Origin: Candidatus Latescibacterota bacterium
GTDB taxonomy: Bacteria > Latescibacterota > UBA2968 > UBA8231
DNA: 64,000 nucleotides
Reading direction: 5' to 3'
NCBI GenBank assembly: GCA_965200315.1
Contig: OZ241362.1
Coordinates: 4,608,001 to 4,672,000, forward strand
The first letter of the stretch is position 1; each line of letters begins with the position of its first letter. The position numbers were made by a program, and so were the translations under genes. This document shows positions 10,336-20,264 of the stretch, in pieces. The notes beneath the pieces were generated by a model. The model was not told the origin of the DNA. It searched no databases and saw only the letters and a list, made by a program, of their open reading frames with translations.

Positions 10336-11289
10336 TCAAGCACCTGCGGCGCGGGTGCGAACTTGGTCGAGTCCGACGGCCAACAGGAGCACCGCGCCGC
10401 GCGTTACATCCTGCCAGAAGCTAGACACATCCATCAGTGTCAATCCGTTGTTGAGGGTGCCAAGCAAGAGCACCGCCAACAGGGTGCCCCAGACCGTGCC
10501 GCGCCCTCCGAAGAGACTCGTGCCACCCAAGATGACGGCGGCGATCACCGTCAACAAATGCTGCCCGGCCGCGTCGGGTGCTGCCGCGTAGAGCATGGCC
10601 GCGAGGATGAGGCCGCTGATCGCGCCGCTGAGGCCGGAGAGGACGTAGAGGATCATCAGGGTGCGGGCGACGGGGACGCCGACTAGCCGGCTGGCTTCGG
10701 CATTGCTGCCGGCGGCATAGACGAAGCGGCCGAAGCGAGTCCGCGCCAAGACCCAGCCGAGCGCGATATAAACCAACAGCATCAGCACCAGCGGCACCGG
10801 CAATCGCAAAAGCTGACCGCTGCCGATCCAGTTGAAACCGGGTTCCATCAGCGGTTTGGTCAGCCCGCCGGTCAGAACTAGAGCTAGCCCGCCGATGACG
10901 CTCATCGTGCCCATGGTGGCGATCAGCGGGTTGAGTCCGAGGCGCACGGCCAACAAGCCGTTGAGCAGCCCGATGCCTCCGCCCAGTGCCAGCGCGATGA
11001 GACAGGCCGCGACAATGCCGACGCCCGCGGCGTGAAGCAGCGCGACGACGACCCCAGCCAGCCCGGCGACTGCCGCCACCGACAGATCGAGGCCTCCGGC
11101 GATGATCAGCGGCGTTTGCAACGCGCACATCAAGCCGATAAAGGCCATATTGGCGCCGATGCTCACCATATTGTCGAAGGACAAAAACCAAGGGGAGAGG
11201 ACGCTGAAGAGCACGGCGACCCAGAGGTAGAACATCAATAACAAGGCGACGCCCGCGCCGGGACGGTTCAATAAGGCGGCGATGTGCAT
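10336..11289 (-). CDS. Sugar ABC transporter permease (RbsC type)
   Basis: GGLDLSV, TRFGRFVYAAGSNAEAS, IAAVILGGTSLFGGRG. Confidence 0.92.
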   Translation of the reverse strand: MHIAALLNRPGAGVALLLMFYLWVAVLFSVLSPWFLSFDNMVSIGANMAFIGLMCALQTPLIIAGGLDLSVAAVAGLAGVVVALLHAAGVGIVAACLIALALGGGIGLLNGLLAVRLGLNPLIATMGTMSVIGGLALVLTGGLTKPLMEPGFNWIGSGQLLRLPVPLVLMLLVYIALGWVLARTRFGRFVYAAGSNAEASRLVGVPVARTLMILYVLSGLSGAISGLILAAMLYAAAPDAAGQHLLTVIAAVILGGTSLFGGRGTVWGTLLAVLLLGTLNNGLTLMDVSSFWQDVTRGAVLLLAVGLDQVRTRAAGA

Positions 11290-12797
11290 GGATGCTCTTT
11301 CTCAGTAGGGGTGTGGAGCAGGTCGGCCGGGGCCGCGGGGCCGGAAAAGCGGCTGGACACCCGACCGCGGTCGAGCACGATGGAACGGTCGCAGATCCCG
11401 GCGACTTCTTCGGCGTCGGAGGAAATCAAGAGTACCGCGAGCCCCTGTTGGGTCCACTGCCGCAGTGCCAAGTAGAGCTCGTGGCGAGCACCCACGTCCA
11501 CGCCTCGGGTCGGTTCTTCGAGGATGAGCACCTTGAGGCCCTCGACCAGCCAGCGGGCCAAGCAGGCCTTTTGCTGATTGCCGCCCGAGAGCAAGCGCAG
11601 CGGTTGGTCGAGGTGAGCGGCGCGGATCCCGAGGCGGTCGATCCAGCTTTGCGCGTGGCTTGTTTCGCGGGGCTTGGATACTGAGAGCAAGCGCACGAAG
11701 CGGTCGATAAAGGGCAAGGTGATATTGGCACGGACGCCGAGGTCGGGGACGATGCCCTCGCGCTGGCGTTCGGCAGCCACGAAACCGATGCCAGCGTCGC
11801 GGCCTTGGCGCGGATCGGTCGGGATATAGGGCGCACCCCCGAGCGCAAGGTGTGCGCCGGGCAGCGGACCCCGTGCTCCGTAGATAGCCCGGCCAAGTTG
11901 GTCGATCCCCGAGCCGAGCAGGCCGAAGACGCCGAGAATCTCACCTCGGTGGACTGCAAAGGACACGCTGTCGAGCGCGCCGGGCAAACTCAGGTTTTCG
12001 ACCTCTAGGGCAACCTCGCCGATACTTGTGCTTCGCGGCGGATAGAGTTCGTCAACGGTGGTGCCGAGCATGGCGTCGAGGACTACACGCCGCGAAGCAG
12101 AGGCCGTGGCAAAGTCGCCGGCGTTTAGCCCGTCGCGGAGCACGGTGATGCGGTCGGCGATCTCAAAGACCTCGTCGAGGTAGTGGGAGATGTAGATGAT
12201 GCCGATCTGCTGCGCTTTGAGCCGCTCGACGGCGGCGAAGAGTGCCCTCACCTCGCGGTCGGCCAGGGCGGCGGTCGGCTCGTCCATGACGATGATCCGC
12301 GCTTGGCCGGCGAGCGCGCGGGCGATTTCCACCAAGCGCTTGTGGGGTGCGGAGAGTTGGTGTACCGGCGCGTCGGGATCGAGGTCGCAGCCGAGCCGGT
12401 CCAGCAGTGCCCGCGCTTTGGTTCGCAGTGCTGGGCGATCCACCTGCTTGCCGAGCCAAGAGCGTTTGAGCGGCAGGTCGGCGATGAGGATGTTTTCGGC
12501 GACCGTGAGGTCGGGCAAGACCGATACTTCCTGCGGCAAAAAGCGGACGCCGTGGGCTATGGCCTCTTCGGGCCGGTCGTAGCGCACCGCTTGGTCGTCG
12601 AGGCGGACGGTGCCAGCGTCGCGGCTGTACACGCCGCAGAGAATTTTCACTAAAGTGGATTTGCCCGCCCCGTTGGCGCCTAGCAGTGCTAAGACCTCTC
12701 CGGCGTCCAAGCGGAGATTGACCTCGCGCAAGACTTGGGCACTGCCGAAGGATTTGCAGATGCCCTCCAGTTGCAACAGAGATGCGGTATGGCTCAT
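11268..12797 (-). CDS. Sugar ABC transporter ATP-binding protein (RbsA type, two NBDs)
   Basis: GANGAGKS, MDEPT, YISH, LSGGNQQK, EEPTRGVDVGA. Confidence 0.93.
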   Translation of the reverse strand: MSHTASLLQLEGICKSFGSAQVLREVNLRLDAGEVLALLGANGAGKSTLVKILCGVYSRDAGTVRLDDQAVRYDRPEEAIAHGVRFLPQEVSVLPDLTVAENILIADLPLKRSWLGKQVDRPALRTKARALLDRLGCDLDPDAPVHQLSAPHKRLVEIARALAGQARIIVMDEPTAALADREVRALFAAVERLKAQQIGIIYISHYLDEVFEIADRITVLRDGLNAGDFATASASRRVVLDAMLGTTVDELYPPRSTSIGEVALEVENLSLPGALDSVSFAVHRGEILGVFGLLGSGIDQLGRAIYGARGPLPGAHLALGGAPYIPTDPRQGRDAGIGFVAAERQREGIVPDLGVRANITLPFIDRFVRLLSVSKPRETSHAQSWIDRLGIRAAHLDQPLRLLSGGNQQKACLARWLVEGLKVLILEEPTRGVDVGARHELYLALRQWTQQGLAVLLISSDAEEVAGICDRSIVLDRGRVSSRFSGPAAPADLLHTPTEKEHPCTSPPY

Positions 12798-12798
12798 G

Positions 12799-13971
12799 CT
12801 AGTGATCGGGGATTAGCTGCTCGTAGCCGGCGAGTTCGGGCTGGTCCTTCAGAGTCGCCAAGTGTTCGACAAAGGCTTCCTGTGGGAAGACGTAGGCGAA
12901 GCCCGGCGCGCCCTCGCATTCGTATTCGGGGTAGAATTGACAGATGTTGGCCGGGCTGATCATCACGTGGGTGACGGCGACCGCCGGCGGCACGTCGTGG
13001 CCAGCTATACTCATCAGGCTCAGCGGGATGAGATAGTTGCCGTAGCGCTCGGGGAAATAGGCGACCGAGGCGATGAAGCGCTCCTCGGCGACCATCGTCT
13101 CCAACTCGTCAGCACCCTTGCCGACGACCAGCGCGTCTGCGCCGCGCCCCTGCTGCTGCACGGCGCGCAACATGCCGGAGACCGATTGATCGTTGATCGC
13201 GGTGATCAGGATCGGCGCACCTTGGGGGATGCGGCCGAGCGCGTTGCTCATCTGTTGGAAGGAGTACTGCAGAGTGTTTTTGGTGTCGATGCGGATGATG
13301 CGCTCGGGCGGGAAACCGGGCAGCGAGGCGAGGAAGCCGGCGATCTGGCCTTCGGTGCGCATAGCGGGGATCGCGCCCGACTGCGGCAGTTCGCCAACGA
13401 CGAAGTATCCCTCTGTGAGCACCCGGTCGCCAAAGCGCACTTTGGCCGCCTGCGCCAGATAGGAGCCGCCCATAAAGCCCGAGCGAGGGTTGTTGGCACC
13501 GAAGTAGGTGGCACCCGGCATGGGGATGTCGATGGCGACCACGCCGATCTGCTTGCGGTTGAAGTGCTGCATGATCGCCGGGCCGAAGTTGACGTCGGTT
13601 TGGAACTCAATGCAGAAGTCAACTTGACGCCGAGCAAAGCTCTCGGCGTTGGCCAAAGCAGTCGGCCCATCGAGCCGGTTGTCAGCGATCAGCAGCTCGA
13701 TGCCAGCGGCCTCGGCGTTGCGCTCAATGCTCTTTTCGACCTTGATGCCGAAGCTGATGTCGCGCTGCAGATTGGCAAAGCCAAAGACTAGGTTTTTGCC
13801 GTTTTTTGGGGGCGCTTGTTGCGCGGCTTCGGCAGCCATTGCTTGGAGTGCTGTCGGCGGGAGCATCAGCCCGTCGTAAGTCGCCGGATCGAAGCCGTGG
13901 AAATTTTCGCTTAATGCTGGAATCGGGGCGAGGAACAGACAGGAGGCCAGAAGGAGTCGGAGCGGAATCAT
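12799..13971 (-). CDS. Sugar ABC transporter substrate-binding protein (PBP1 fold)
   Basis: Signal peptide MIPLRLLLASCLFL, VVAIDIP, YFGANN, AINDQS, SVAYFPERYG; first gene of the ABC operon. Confidence 0.85.
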   Translation of the reverse strand: MIPLRLLLASCLFLAPIPALSENFHGFDPATYDGLMLPPTALQAMAAEAAQQAPPKNGKNLVFGFANLQRDISFGIKVEKSIERNAEAAGIELLIADNRLDGPTALANAESFARRQVDFCIEFQTDVNFGPAIMQHFNRKQIGVVAIDIPMPGATYFGANNPRSGFMGGSYLAQAAKVRFGDRVLTEGYFVVGELPQSGAIPAMRTEGQIAGFLASLPGFPPERIIRIDTKNTLQYSFQQMSNALGRIPQGAPILITAINDQSVSGMLRAVQQQGRGADALVVGKGADELETMVAEERFIASVAYFPERYGNYLIPLSLMSIAGHDVPPAVAVTHVMISPANICQFYPEYECEGAPGFAYVFPQEAFVEHLATLKDQPELAGYEQLIPDH

Positions 13972-14143
13972 AGATAAACTTTCGTTTGGCAATGGGCTGA
14001 GAATATACGGAGCGGCTAGCGGGTAGCTCAAGGCGTGGGGTGGATGCCACCGCGCCCAGTCCAAGGCCGCGATTACTTTTCAGGAGCGATGCGGTTGGCT
14101 ACTATTGGGTACTGAACACTGGTAAGCGATACAAGTAAAGGAA

Positions 14144-14412
14144 ATGGCAATGGAGCTTCTTCTACTCTGGCTTCTATTTGGGATTGTGAGTGCGGTGGTT
14201 GCGACAAACAAAGGACGAAGCGGTTGTGGTTGGTTTGCGCTTGGCGTGTTAATTGGTCCCTTTGGTTTCATTTTGGCTTTAGTCGTTCCTAAAAATCAGG
14301 AAGAGGTTGAAAAAAATCTGTTCAAATTGGTGACATGAAAAAGTGTCCATACTGTGCCGAACTGATAAAAGCGGAAGCAGTCAAGTGCCGTTGCTGTAGG
14401 GAAGAGATTTAA
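14144..14412 (+). pseudogene. Small membrane protein with C-terminal zinc ribbon, split by a frameshift at an A7 run
   Basis: ORF 14144-14338 (two TMs, KGRSGCGWF) plus ORF 14335-14412 MKKCPYCAELIKAEAVKCRCC; one extra A at 14310-14316 joins them. Confidence 0.7.
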
Positions 14413-14450
14413 CAGGAAAGATAGCGACCAATAACTAACAGGAGAGAATT

Positions 14451-15587
14451 ATGCTCACCAAAGAAGGATGCCACACTCGGCAGCAACGCCTGTGTGTGCG
14501 GCTGGCCGAACTCAACATCGATGCGGCCGTGATCAACCACCCGAAGGAAATCTACTACTTCACCGGGATCATTATCCCCGAGGAATTCCCCGGCCCGCCG
14601 GCGATCTTTTGGCTGGGGGCCGATGGGCGATCCTTGCTGATCGCGCATACCGACGAAGGCGAGCCGTGCGCCGACGAGTGTTTCACCTTTTCCTTTGACG
14701 TCGGCGGCACGATAACGCCCGATTTGCGCGAGGTGATAAGCGGGCTAATCGTCGATACACTGCGCGACAAAAAGCCGGCGGCTGGACGCCTAGGCTGGCA
14801 AAGCGAATTCTTGCCGCGTCGCTTGGGACAGGCGGTCGAAGAAGGGCTAGGCAAAACGCCCATATATGTCGCAGTCGACGACCTGCTCGCCGACATGCAG
14901 GAGGTCAAGGACCCCGACGAGATCGAGCTGTTGCGCAAGGTCGTGCAAGTTGATCTGGCCGCTTATGCCGCGGCGGAAGCAGCGATGGCGCCGGGCGTCA
15001 ACGAGTTGGCGGTGCTAGCGGCGGCGCAACGGGCAGCGCATCTTGCGGCCGGTGAGAAGGTTTTCCACGACGGCGACTACCAGTGTGGCGAGTTGGGCGG
15101 TTTTGCGCGCAATCGTCCGATCGAGGCCGGGGAAATCTACGTCATCGACGCTTGGTCCGTGTACCGCGGCTATTGGGCGGACTTGTGCCGCAGCTTTGCA
15201 GTGGGCGAGCCGACCGAGGTGCAGCACTCCGTCTTTGAGCACGTCAAGGGCTTTCACGACCGCGTCGGCGAGTACTTGCGGCCGGGCAAGGACGGCCGCG
15301 AATGCGCGGTGGCCATGGACGCCTATATCCGCGAGCATCCCAAGCTGGCCGACGTCGGCCTGATTCACCACGCCGGGCACAACATCGGTCTGCGGGCGCA
15401 CCAAATGCCCGATCTCAACAAGGAGCGCGGCGGCACCTTGCGCGTGGGCAATGTGGTCTCGGTCGAGCCGGGGGCCTATATCCCCGAGGCGCGGGCCGGG
15501 GTGCGGCTGGAAAACATGTACCTGATTACCGAGGACGGCTTGGAGAATCTGTCGCCGTATCCGATGGAATTGGGGGCGCACTGTTGA
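14451..15587 (+). CDS. M24 family Xaa-Pro peptidase
   Basis: VKDPDEIELLR, IDAWSVYRGYWAD, HHAGHNIG, VEPGAY, GVRLEN. Confidence 0.88.
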   Translation: MLTKEGCHTRQQRLCVRLAELNIDAAVINHPKEIYYFTGIIIPEEFPGPPAIFWLGADGRSLLIAHTDEGEPCADECFTFSFDVGGTITPDLREVISGLIVDTLRDKKPAAGRLGWQSEFLPRRLGQAVEEGLGKTPIYVAVDDLLADMQEVKDPDEIELLRKVVQVDLAAYAAAEAAMAPGVNELAVLAAAQRAAHLAAGEKVFHDGDYQCGELGGFARNRPIEAGEIYVIDAWSVYRGYWADLCRSFAVGEPTEVQHSVFEHVKGFHDRVGEYLRPGKDGRECAVAMDAYIREHPKLADVGLIHHAGHNIGLRAHQMPDLNKERGGTLRVGNVVSVEPGAYIPEARAGVRLENMYLITEDGLENLSPYPMELGAHC

Positions 15588-16384
15588 GCGAGGTGCTCGA
15601 ATTTGCCGAAGACCTCGCCCGGCGCGCCGGAGTGCTAATCGCCCAAGCACGGGCGGACCAAGCATTAAATCTGAGCTACAAGGAAGGGATTGAGCTGTTG
15701 ACGTCGTCCGATTTGCAGGCCGACCAACTCATCCGCAACGAGATCGAAAAGACCTTCCCCGACCACTACATACTCTCCGAAGAGTCTTCGCCCCACCTTA
15801 CAGACTCGGCGCAACTGCGCGGCCCCTTGTGGGTCATCGACCCGATTGACGGCACCGTCAACTACGCCTATAACCAGCAGCAAGTAGCCGTGTCCATTGC
15901 CTTTGCCGAAAGCGGCCAAGTGCAGGTCGGCGTGGTGCGCTGCCCGTTTGTGGACGAGACCTTTACCGCCCGGCGCGGTGCAGGTGCTTGGCTCAACGGC
16001 CGCGCCATCCGGGCCAGCGAGTGCAATCAGCTATCCCGCGCCCTGATCGGCACGGGCTTCCCCTACGCCGCCGAGGGCAGAGTGGCGCTGGTGGATCGCC
16101 TGCGCCGCGTCCTCGGACACTGCCGCGACATCCGCCGCGTAGGCTCGGCCGCCATTGATCTCTGCTGGGTGGCGATGGGCCGGCTCGACGGCTTTTACGA
16201 GGCGCTCAAGCCCTGGGACTTGGCGGCAGCGGCCCTGATTGCGCGGGAGGCGGGAGCTTGCGTCGGTCACTTGCAGCCCGTGGAGGGCGAGCTACCGGAA
16301 GAATTGGACGGCCGCGACCTAGTCGCAGCCACGCCGGGAATCTACGAACAATTGGTCGCGCTTTTGCGCGGCACCCCGTCGTAG
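15584..16384 (+). CDS. suhB: Inositol monophosphatase family protein
   Basis: ILSEE, WVIDPIDGTVNY, RRVGSAAIDL, GRLDGFYE, PWDLAA; TTG start overlaps the upstream stop. Confidence 0.88.
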   Translation: MSEVLEFAEDLARRAGVLIAQARADQALNLSYKEGIELLTSSDLQADQLIRNEIEKTFPDHYILSEESSPHLTDSAQLRGPLWVIDPIDGTVNYAYNQQQVAVSIAFAESGQVQVGVVRCPFVDETFTARRGAGAWLNGRAIRASECNQLSRALIGTGFPYAAEGRVALVDRLRRVLGHCRDIRRVGSAAIDLCWVAMGRLDGFYEALKPWDLAAAALIAREAGACVGHLQPVEGELPEELDGRDLVAATPGIYEQLVALLRGTPS

Positions 16385-16453
16385 GGGCGACCCCTGTAGT
16401 CGAACATCCCGATGGCATTGGCAACCGTGCGCACTTCGGCAAGCTCAGTGCGC
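16381..16453. repeat. REP-like palindromic elements (GTAGGGGCGACCC type and CTTCGRCAAGCTCAG type)
   Basis: GTAGGGGCGACCCCTGTAGTCG at 16381; hairpin GCGCAC-TTCGGCAAGCTCA-GTGCGC at 16429-16453. Confidence 0.55.
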
Positions 16454-16528
16454 TGAGTGCTGTCTAAGCGCATCCCCCGAATCGACGAGTCTGTAGGAAC
16501 AACTCTATAACATAAGGAGATACAATCC

Positions 16529-17689
16529 ATGAAAATCAGCGACATCAAAGCCTACCCAACTTGGGTCGGCCACCGCAATCAGCTCATCGTCAAGGTCGAG
16601 ACCGACGAAGGCATCCACGGCTGGGGCGAGTCCGGGTTATCGGGACGCGAACTGGCCGTAGTAGGAGCGGTGCGGCACTACCGGGAGTTTTTGCTCGGCC
16701 GCGACCCGCGCGAAATCGGGCGGCTCTGGCAGGAGATGTACCGCGGCCAGTACTTTGAAGGCGGGCGGGTGTTGACCGCGGCCATTTCGGCCATCGACAT
16801 CGCCTTGCACGACGTGGTAGGCAAGGCTCTCGGCGTACCGGTGTACCAGCTTTTGGGCGGCAAGCAGCGCGAGTGGGTGCCCTGCTTTGCGACGGCTGGG
16901 GCACCGGACCTAGAGACCTTGGTCAGCAACTGCAAGCTGCTATTGGACAAGGGGTGGGACGTGATTCGCACGGGAATGGCCCAGCGCCAACAGTACGACG
17001 ACGAGCTGCTGTTCGAGCCGCGTGAGACCATCGGCATCACGGCAGCTTGGCTGACGGAAGTGCGCCAAGAGGTTGGTCCCGACCCGATCTTGGGCATTGA
17101 CTATCACCACCGGCTGACGGTCGCCGAGAGCGCGTCGTTCTGCCAGAAGATGCCGCCGGGGACGCTCGACTTCCTCGAAGAACCCATCCGCGACGAGTGC
17201 CCCGAAGCGTACGAATCGCTCAGGACGATGACTGACGTGCCGTTTGCCATCGGCGAGGAATTTGCCAGCAAGTGGCAGTTTTTGCCCTATCTCGAACGGG
17301 GCCTTACGCAGTTTGCGCGCATCGACGTGTGCAATGTCGGCGGGCTGACCGAGGCGATGAAGGTGGCCAGCTTGGCCGAATCCCACTACATCGACCTGAT
17401 GCCCCACAACCCGCTGGGGCCGATATGTACCGCCGCGACGGTCCATCTGGCGGCGGCCGTGCCCAACTTCGCGTGGCTCGAACACCGCGTGACGCCGACG
17501 GAAGCAGGCAAGTTCATGGACGAAGATTTGTTTCCGGTGCAGTGCGAATTGGTGGGGTCGATGTTGAAGGCGCCCGAGGGACCGGGGCTGGGCGTGGAGT
17601 TCAACGAAGAGCTAGCCAAGGAGCAGGAGTTCAAGTTTTGGGAAGCGCCGCATTTGCGGCGGCGGGATGGGTCGCATACGAACTGGTGA
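16529..17689 (+). CDS. Mandelate racemase/MLE family dehydratase (DgoD-like)
   Basis: VKVETDEGIHGWGE, SAIDIALHD, DYHHR, LEEP, IGEE, MPHNPLGP. Confidence 0.9.
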   Translation: MKISDIKAYPTWVGHRNQLIVKVETDEGIHGWGESGLSGRELAVVGAVRHYREFLLGRDPREIGRLWQEMYRGQYFEGGRVLTAAISAIDIALHDVVGKALGVPVYQLLGGKQREWVPCFATAGAPDLETLVSNCKLLLDKGWDVIRTGMAQRQQYDDELLFEPRETIGITAAWLTEVRQEVGPDPILGIDYHHRLTVAESASFCQKMPPGTLDFLEEPIRDECPEAYESLRTMTDVPFAIGEEFASKWQFLPYLERGLTQFARIDVCNVGGLTEAMKVASLAESHYIDLMPHNPLGPICTAATVHLAAAVPNFAWLEHRVTPTEAGKFMDEDLFPVQCELVGSMLKAPEGPGLGVEFNEELAKEQEFKFWEAPHLRRRDGSHTNW

Positions 17690-17716
17690 TGACTCCGAGT
17701 TGCTGCCAGCAAGCCG

Positions 17717-18883
17717 TCAGGAAATTATCTCACCAGCCCATAGCGACTGCAAAAAAACTTTCCAAGGCAAAATGCGAATTGGACCGACGACGCGCTCCGC
17801 CGGTTCATTGCAAACAACTAGCGCTTTTTGGGGTGCGTATTCATCGATGAATGTACGTAGCGGTCGCAGGGCCTTGTCTTCTACCCGGCTCGTACCCTTT
17901 ATCTCAATGGCCACCTCGCCGTTGCCCAACACAAAGTCAACCTCCAACCCCGACTTGGTGCGCCAAAAATGGACATCGTAATGTAATGCGCTATAAGAAG
18001 CGTATGCCCTCAATTCGCAAAAAATGAAATGCTCAAACGCCTTGCCAAACATTGCACCTTGAGCATCCTGTAAATGTCGTTTCTCAAGGATTCCGGCTAC
18101 ACCCACATCGAATAAGTAGAACTTGGATGCCCGCGAAATGACTTGGCGACTTTGCGGAGTCTTGAACGGTGGGACCATACTGCCCAAAAGCGTATCGACG
18201 AGAATCTGATAATACTCTTTTACGGTCTTGGAACTGACCCCGCACTCGCGGGCGATATTGGAAAAGTTGGTCAATTCGCCGTGTGAGTATCCCAGCGCTG
18301 CAAAGAATCTGGAAAACGCTGGAATATCGCGCGTCAACCCCTCGGCAAAGACTTCTTCCTTTAGGTAATCTTGTAGGTACGCGTTTAGAGAACGGCGATA
18401 TTGCGTACTGGCAAAGTGATCGGGAATCAGGCCGCGATTCAAAATCGTCAAAATATCCATATCGCCGTCATTCAATTCATCGGTCACCAATGGAAACATT
18501 TCGTAGCGCCAAGCGCGTCCTCCGAGCAAGTTGGCCCGTCCCCGCTTGAGCTTGCGCGCACTGGAACCACACAAAATAAAACGCAGCCCCTTGTTTTCAA
18601 TGAGCCAATGCACTTCATCCAACAAGAGTGGCACGCGCTGCACTTCGTCCAAGATGATCGGATGCGCCAGTAGTGCTTCGGATTGTGCGAGCAGTTGCTC
18701 GCGCAGCAGGGCCGGCCGGCGGTTGAAGTCCAGCATCAAATCCGTCTTGAGAAAATCATAGACTAGGCTGTTGGGAAATGCCTGTTTGAGATAGGTGGAT
18801 TTACCCGTCTTTCGCGGCCCCCACAAAAAAGCCGACTGCCGCTTGGGCAAGTCCATTTCTAATCGCCGCAGATACTGAACCAT
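17717..18883 (-). CDS. AAA_14 ATPase with DUF4143 and C-terminal PD-(D/E)xK-like domain
   Basis: GPRKTGKS, ILDEVQ, CGSSA, KFYLFDVG, FEHF, EVDFV...IEIK; lower GC than flanks. Confidence 0.88.
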   Translation of the reverse strand: MVQYLRRLEMDLPKRQSAFLWGPRKTGKSTYLKQAFPNSLVYDFLKTDLMLDFNRRPALLREQLLAQSEALLAHPIILDEVQRVPLLLDEVHWLIENKGLRFILCGSSARKLKRGRANLLGGRAWRYEMFPLVTDELNDGDMDILTILNRGLIPDHFASTQYRRSLNAYLQDYLKEEVFAEGLTRDIPAFSRFFAALGYSHGELTNFSNIARECGVSSKTVKEYYQILVDTLLGSMVPPFKTPQSRQVISRASKFYLFDVGVAGILEKRHLQDAQGAMFGKAFEHFIFCELRAYASYSALHYDVHFWRTKSGLEVDFVLGNGEVAIEIKGTSRVEDKALRPLRTFIDEYAPQKALVVCNEPAERVVGPIRILPWKVFLQSLWAGEIIS

Positions 18884-19204
18884 TTTGAATCTTCTTCCAA
18901 ATTAGTCGAACTATTTTAGAGTTTACTCCAAAATGGTCAAGCCATCAAGCACTGTCGATGAGGCTCGACGTGTGCAGTTTGACATGCAACTAAATGTAGT
19001 TGCTGCTCTATGAAGAGCGGCATATATTCTTTTTGGGGAACGGCTCGACCGAACCGGGTGCGCTCCTGCGCGCCGCGCCCGGCGTGTCGGATGGGGCTAT
19101 ATAGCAGTCCTATACCATTCACGAGATAATCCGCAGAGGGACGCAGCATAATAGAAACAAGACGATCCGAACCTCGAATCGTTCAAGTCATTCAGGGTTG
19201 CTAT

Positions 19205-19687
19205 ATGAAAGATATGATGACTCATAGGGGCTACACCGGCTCGGCGCACTACGACGACGGCGACCGGATTTTCTACGGTAAGCTCGAGTTTATCCGCGAG
19301 CTCGTCCGTTACGAAGGGACGGATGTGGACTCACTGCGCTCCGCTTTTGAAGAAGCAGTGGACGACTATCTCGACCTATGCCGGCGGGAAGGACGACAAC
19401 CCGAACAGCCATTCAAAGGCAGTTTTAACGTGCGGATGGGCAGCGAACTACATCGGCGCGCAGCCCTATGCGCCAAGGAGAAAGGTGCCAACCTCAACCA
19501 AGTGGTCAAAGAGGCGTTGGAGCAGTACTTAGCTGGCGTAGCCTCTCCTTCGCCAGGTGCCTCGCGTTCCTATCGGGAGCTAATGGCAGATATACGCGCT
19601 CGACAGCAGGTGCGTGGCCATAAATCCCCAACTCGGGAAGAGGTTGATGCTGCCCTACACAGTGAACGGGAAAGCTGGGAGCAGTAA
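19205..19687 (+). CDS. hicB: HicB family antitoxin with an extra VapB-like C-terminal tail
   Basis: GYTGS..FYGKL..FEEAVDDYL..PFKGSFNVR..ELHRRA..LNQVV (HicB plus RHH), then ~48 extra aa ending TREEVDAALHSERESW. Confidence 0.82.
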   Translation: MKDMMTHRGYTGSAHYDDGDRIFYGKLEFIRELVRYEGTDVDSLRSAFEEAVDDYLDLCRREGRQPEQPFKGSFNVRMGSELHRRAALCAKEKGANLNQVVKEALEQYLAGVASPSPGASRSYRELMADIRARQQVRGHKSPTREEVDAALHSERESWEQ

Positions 19688-19690
19688 TCT

Positions 19691-20113
19691 ATGCGGCTTT
19701 ACTTAGACTCAGCACCTGTTATCTATACGGTTGAACAAGTCGAGGGCTTTGCTACAGCCGTTGACGAGCGGATTGGATCGTCAGCGGTGACGCTGATCAC
19801 CAGTGACCTGACGAGAATGGAATGTCGCGTCAAACCTCTCGGAGCAGGTAACACCGAACTGCTCAAAGACTTCGATGAGTTTTTTAATGGGGCGATATCG
19901 GAAGTGGTCGTTCTATCGCGGCCAATTATGGAGCGGGCGACCGAGATTCGAGCGCAGCATGGCTTTAGAACACCTGATGCGATTCATCTTGCTGCCGCTG
20001 TGGAGTCGAGTTGCGATGTATTTCTAACCAACGATCATCGTCTGGATCGCTTTAGCGACATTAGATACGAATTGGTAACAGACGGGCCAAGGACAACTCC
20101 CAAGCCTGAATGA
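19691..20113 (+). CDS. vapC: PIN-domain VapC toxin
   Basis: LYLDSAPVIY, ECRVKP, RTPDAIHLAAA, FLTND; 3 nt after the antitoxin. Confidence 0.9.
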   Translation: MRLYLDSAPVIYTVEQVEGFATAVDERIGSSAVTLITSDLTRMECRVKPLGAGNTELLKDFDEFFNGAISEVVVLSRPIMERATEIRAQHGFRTPDAIHLAAAVESSCDVFLTNDHRLDRFSDIRYELVTDGPRTTPKPE

Positions 20114-20217
20114 CGTGGTATGGAGTGATCTTGTCGTTTCGGGCAAAGTAGCGGGAGTCGATCCTGCCGAGGGTTAGAGAAAATGCGTCAGAACTGTCGC
20201 AGTGCGTCAGAATCGGC

Positions 20218-20251
20218 TAGGTAGGGGCGGTTGGCGAACCGCTCCTACCTA
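20218..20251. terminator. Strong hairpin between convergent genes (GTAG-type REP or bidirectional terminator)
   Basis: TAGGTAGGGGCGGTT-ggcg-AACCGCTCCTACCTA, 15-bp stem with one G-U pair. Confidence 0.65.
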
Positions 20252-20264
20252 TTTCTCAACCGCT

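Noticed and set aside
15302-15583. N-terminal extensions in the ORF track (also at 3851, 22824, 36029, 60083)
   Set aside because: They overlap upstream genes or elements; downstream starts match family N-termini
18937-19204. HicA gene upstream of hicB
   Set aside because: No HicA-like GSx/HxPHP pattern seen; the 70-aa minus ORF has no recognisable motif
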